A stretch of DNA of 64,000 bases, from contig NC_091978.1 in NCBI RefSeq assembly GCF_044704955.1, positions 212,598,001-212,662,000 of the forward strand, written 5' to 3'. The notes below the pieces were generated by a model, which worked only from the letters and a program-made list of their open reading frames with translations, did not search any database and had not been told where the DNA came from. Of this stretch, positions 63,218 through 64,000 are shown one piece after another. Both the position numbers and the translations under genes were made by a program. The DNA comes from Pristiophorus japonicus. Lineage: Eukaryota. Positions within the stretch are counted from its first letter, which is position 1; the number at the start of each line of letters is the position of its first letter.

Positions 63218-64000
63218 TGGGCCCAAGTTTGCCTCCTCTGCTAGGTGCACCAATTTTGTAGAACAGAAACGGCGTCGATTTCTTATCTCCGTATTCTCCC
63301 CGTTGGTTCCAGGCCTGTGGTGCAGCGCATTGGAACCCGTGGTGGGCCGAGCCAGGTCTCGGCGCTGAGTCTGCGCGCATATGCAGTAGCTCCTGGCAGG
63401 CTGTTTCTGCAACCGCGCGCTGCAGGCTGTGTGGGAGGGGCCCGAAACACGCTGTCCCTAGCCCTGGCCGAATGGGCTCCCTCATTGGCGGCCAGAGTGT
63501 GCTCTGCAGGCTGTGTCAACCCTGACCTGATTGTAAAACTCCTGAAGAGTTTCTGGGGGTCTGGGTTTGTAACTCTCGACCAGATGAACCGGGGATTCAT
63601 GCGGGTGTTTGATGCCATGCCCGACATCAGTCTAGATGTGCCAAACTCTTACAGGACTCTGAAGGGGTTTTTGGCCATTGTCATCAGCAAGCGGTCATCA
63701 CCAAACCCCTCCAAGATTAGTGCCCCAAACGTGAAGCCAGGCCCTCTGTGAGTGAGGACGGGAGTAACTGTGTCACGCAGGCAGCCTAGTAAGCGGCCCC
63801 GACAGCAGGAACAGATGCGCTTGTGTGGAGGGAATGTCCACCGTATCTTGGGCGAACAAGATCCTCAGGATACTGAAAACCAAGGGGCTGGCTCCAGACC
63901 TTCCAGAGGATTTGTACCATTTGAGCAAGAGGGTACTTCCACCTCCCCCCTCCTCCTCTCCCCCCCCCCCCCCCACACTCTCTCCACCCACCCCCTCCTA
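63218..64000. mobile_element. Harbinger-type non-autonomous element running off the window, containing a host gene fragment
   Basis: The terminus GGGCCCAAGTTT is shared with the 8230-13581 element. It interrupts the CR1. Confidence 0.6.
63524..63765 (+). pseudogene. PDCD4: Intronless PDCD4-like fragment (C-terminal MA3 domain end)
   Basis: DLIVKLLKSFWGSGFVTLDQMNRGFMRVFDAMPDISLDVPNSYRTLKGF /frameshift/ HCHQQAVITKPLQD*CPKREARPSVSEDG, versus recalled human MILDLLKSLWKSSTITVDQMKRGYERIYNEIPDINLDVPHSYSVLERFVEECFQAGIISKQLRDLCPSRGRKRFVSEGDG. Confidence 0.82.

Overview
Vertebrate genomic DNA, most likely from a cartilaginous fish; this is inferred from the repeat content (shark-type CR1 LINEs with (TTTCTATG)n tails, Deu-domain SINEs, L2, RTE and many Harbinger-type MITEs). 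The window lies inside CC2D2A on the minus strand. Ten coding exons were traced between 52311 and 14647 with GT-AG boundaries and consistent phases; neighbouring exons were not found and probably lie outside the window. The introns are dense with nested transposons. Main points of interest: (1) a 6.5-kb endogenous retrovirus (52624-59112) with paired LTRs, a GAGGG target-site duplication, a tRNA-Ser primer site, no recognisable gag/pro/RT, and an atypical env with a small N-terminal and a very large C-terminal subunit; (2) an intronless PDCD4-like fragment inside an element with a Harbinger-type end; (3) a ~4.4-kb C/G-skewed minisatellite expanded inside a MITE; (4) a Tigger4/Zombi-like transposon; (5) candidate frame-preserving microexons in one CC2D2A intron. 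All homology calls are from recalled sequences and manual reading, not database searches.
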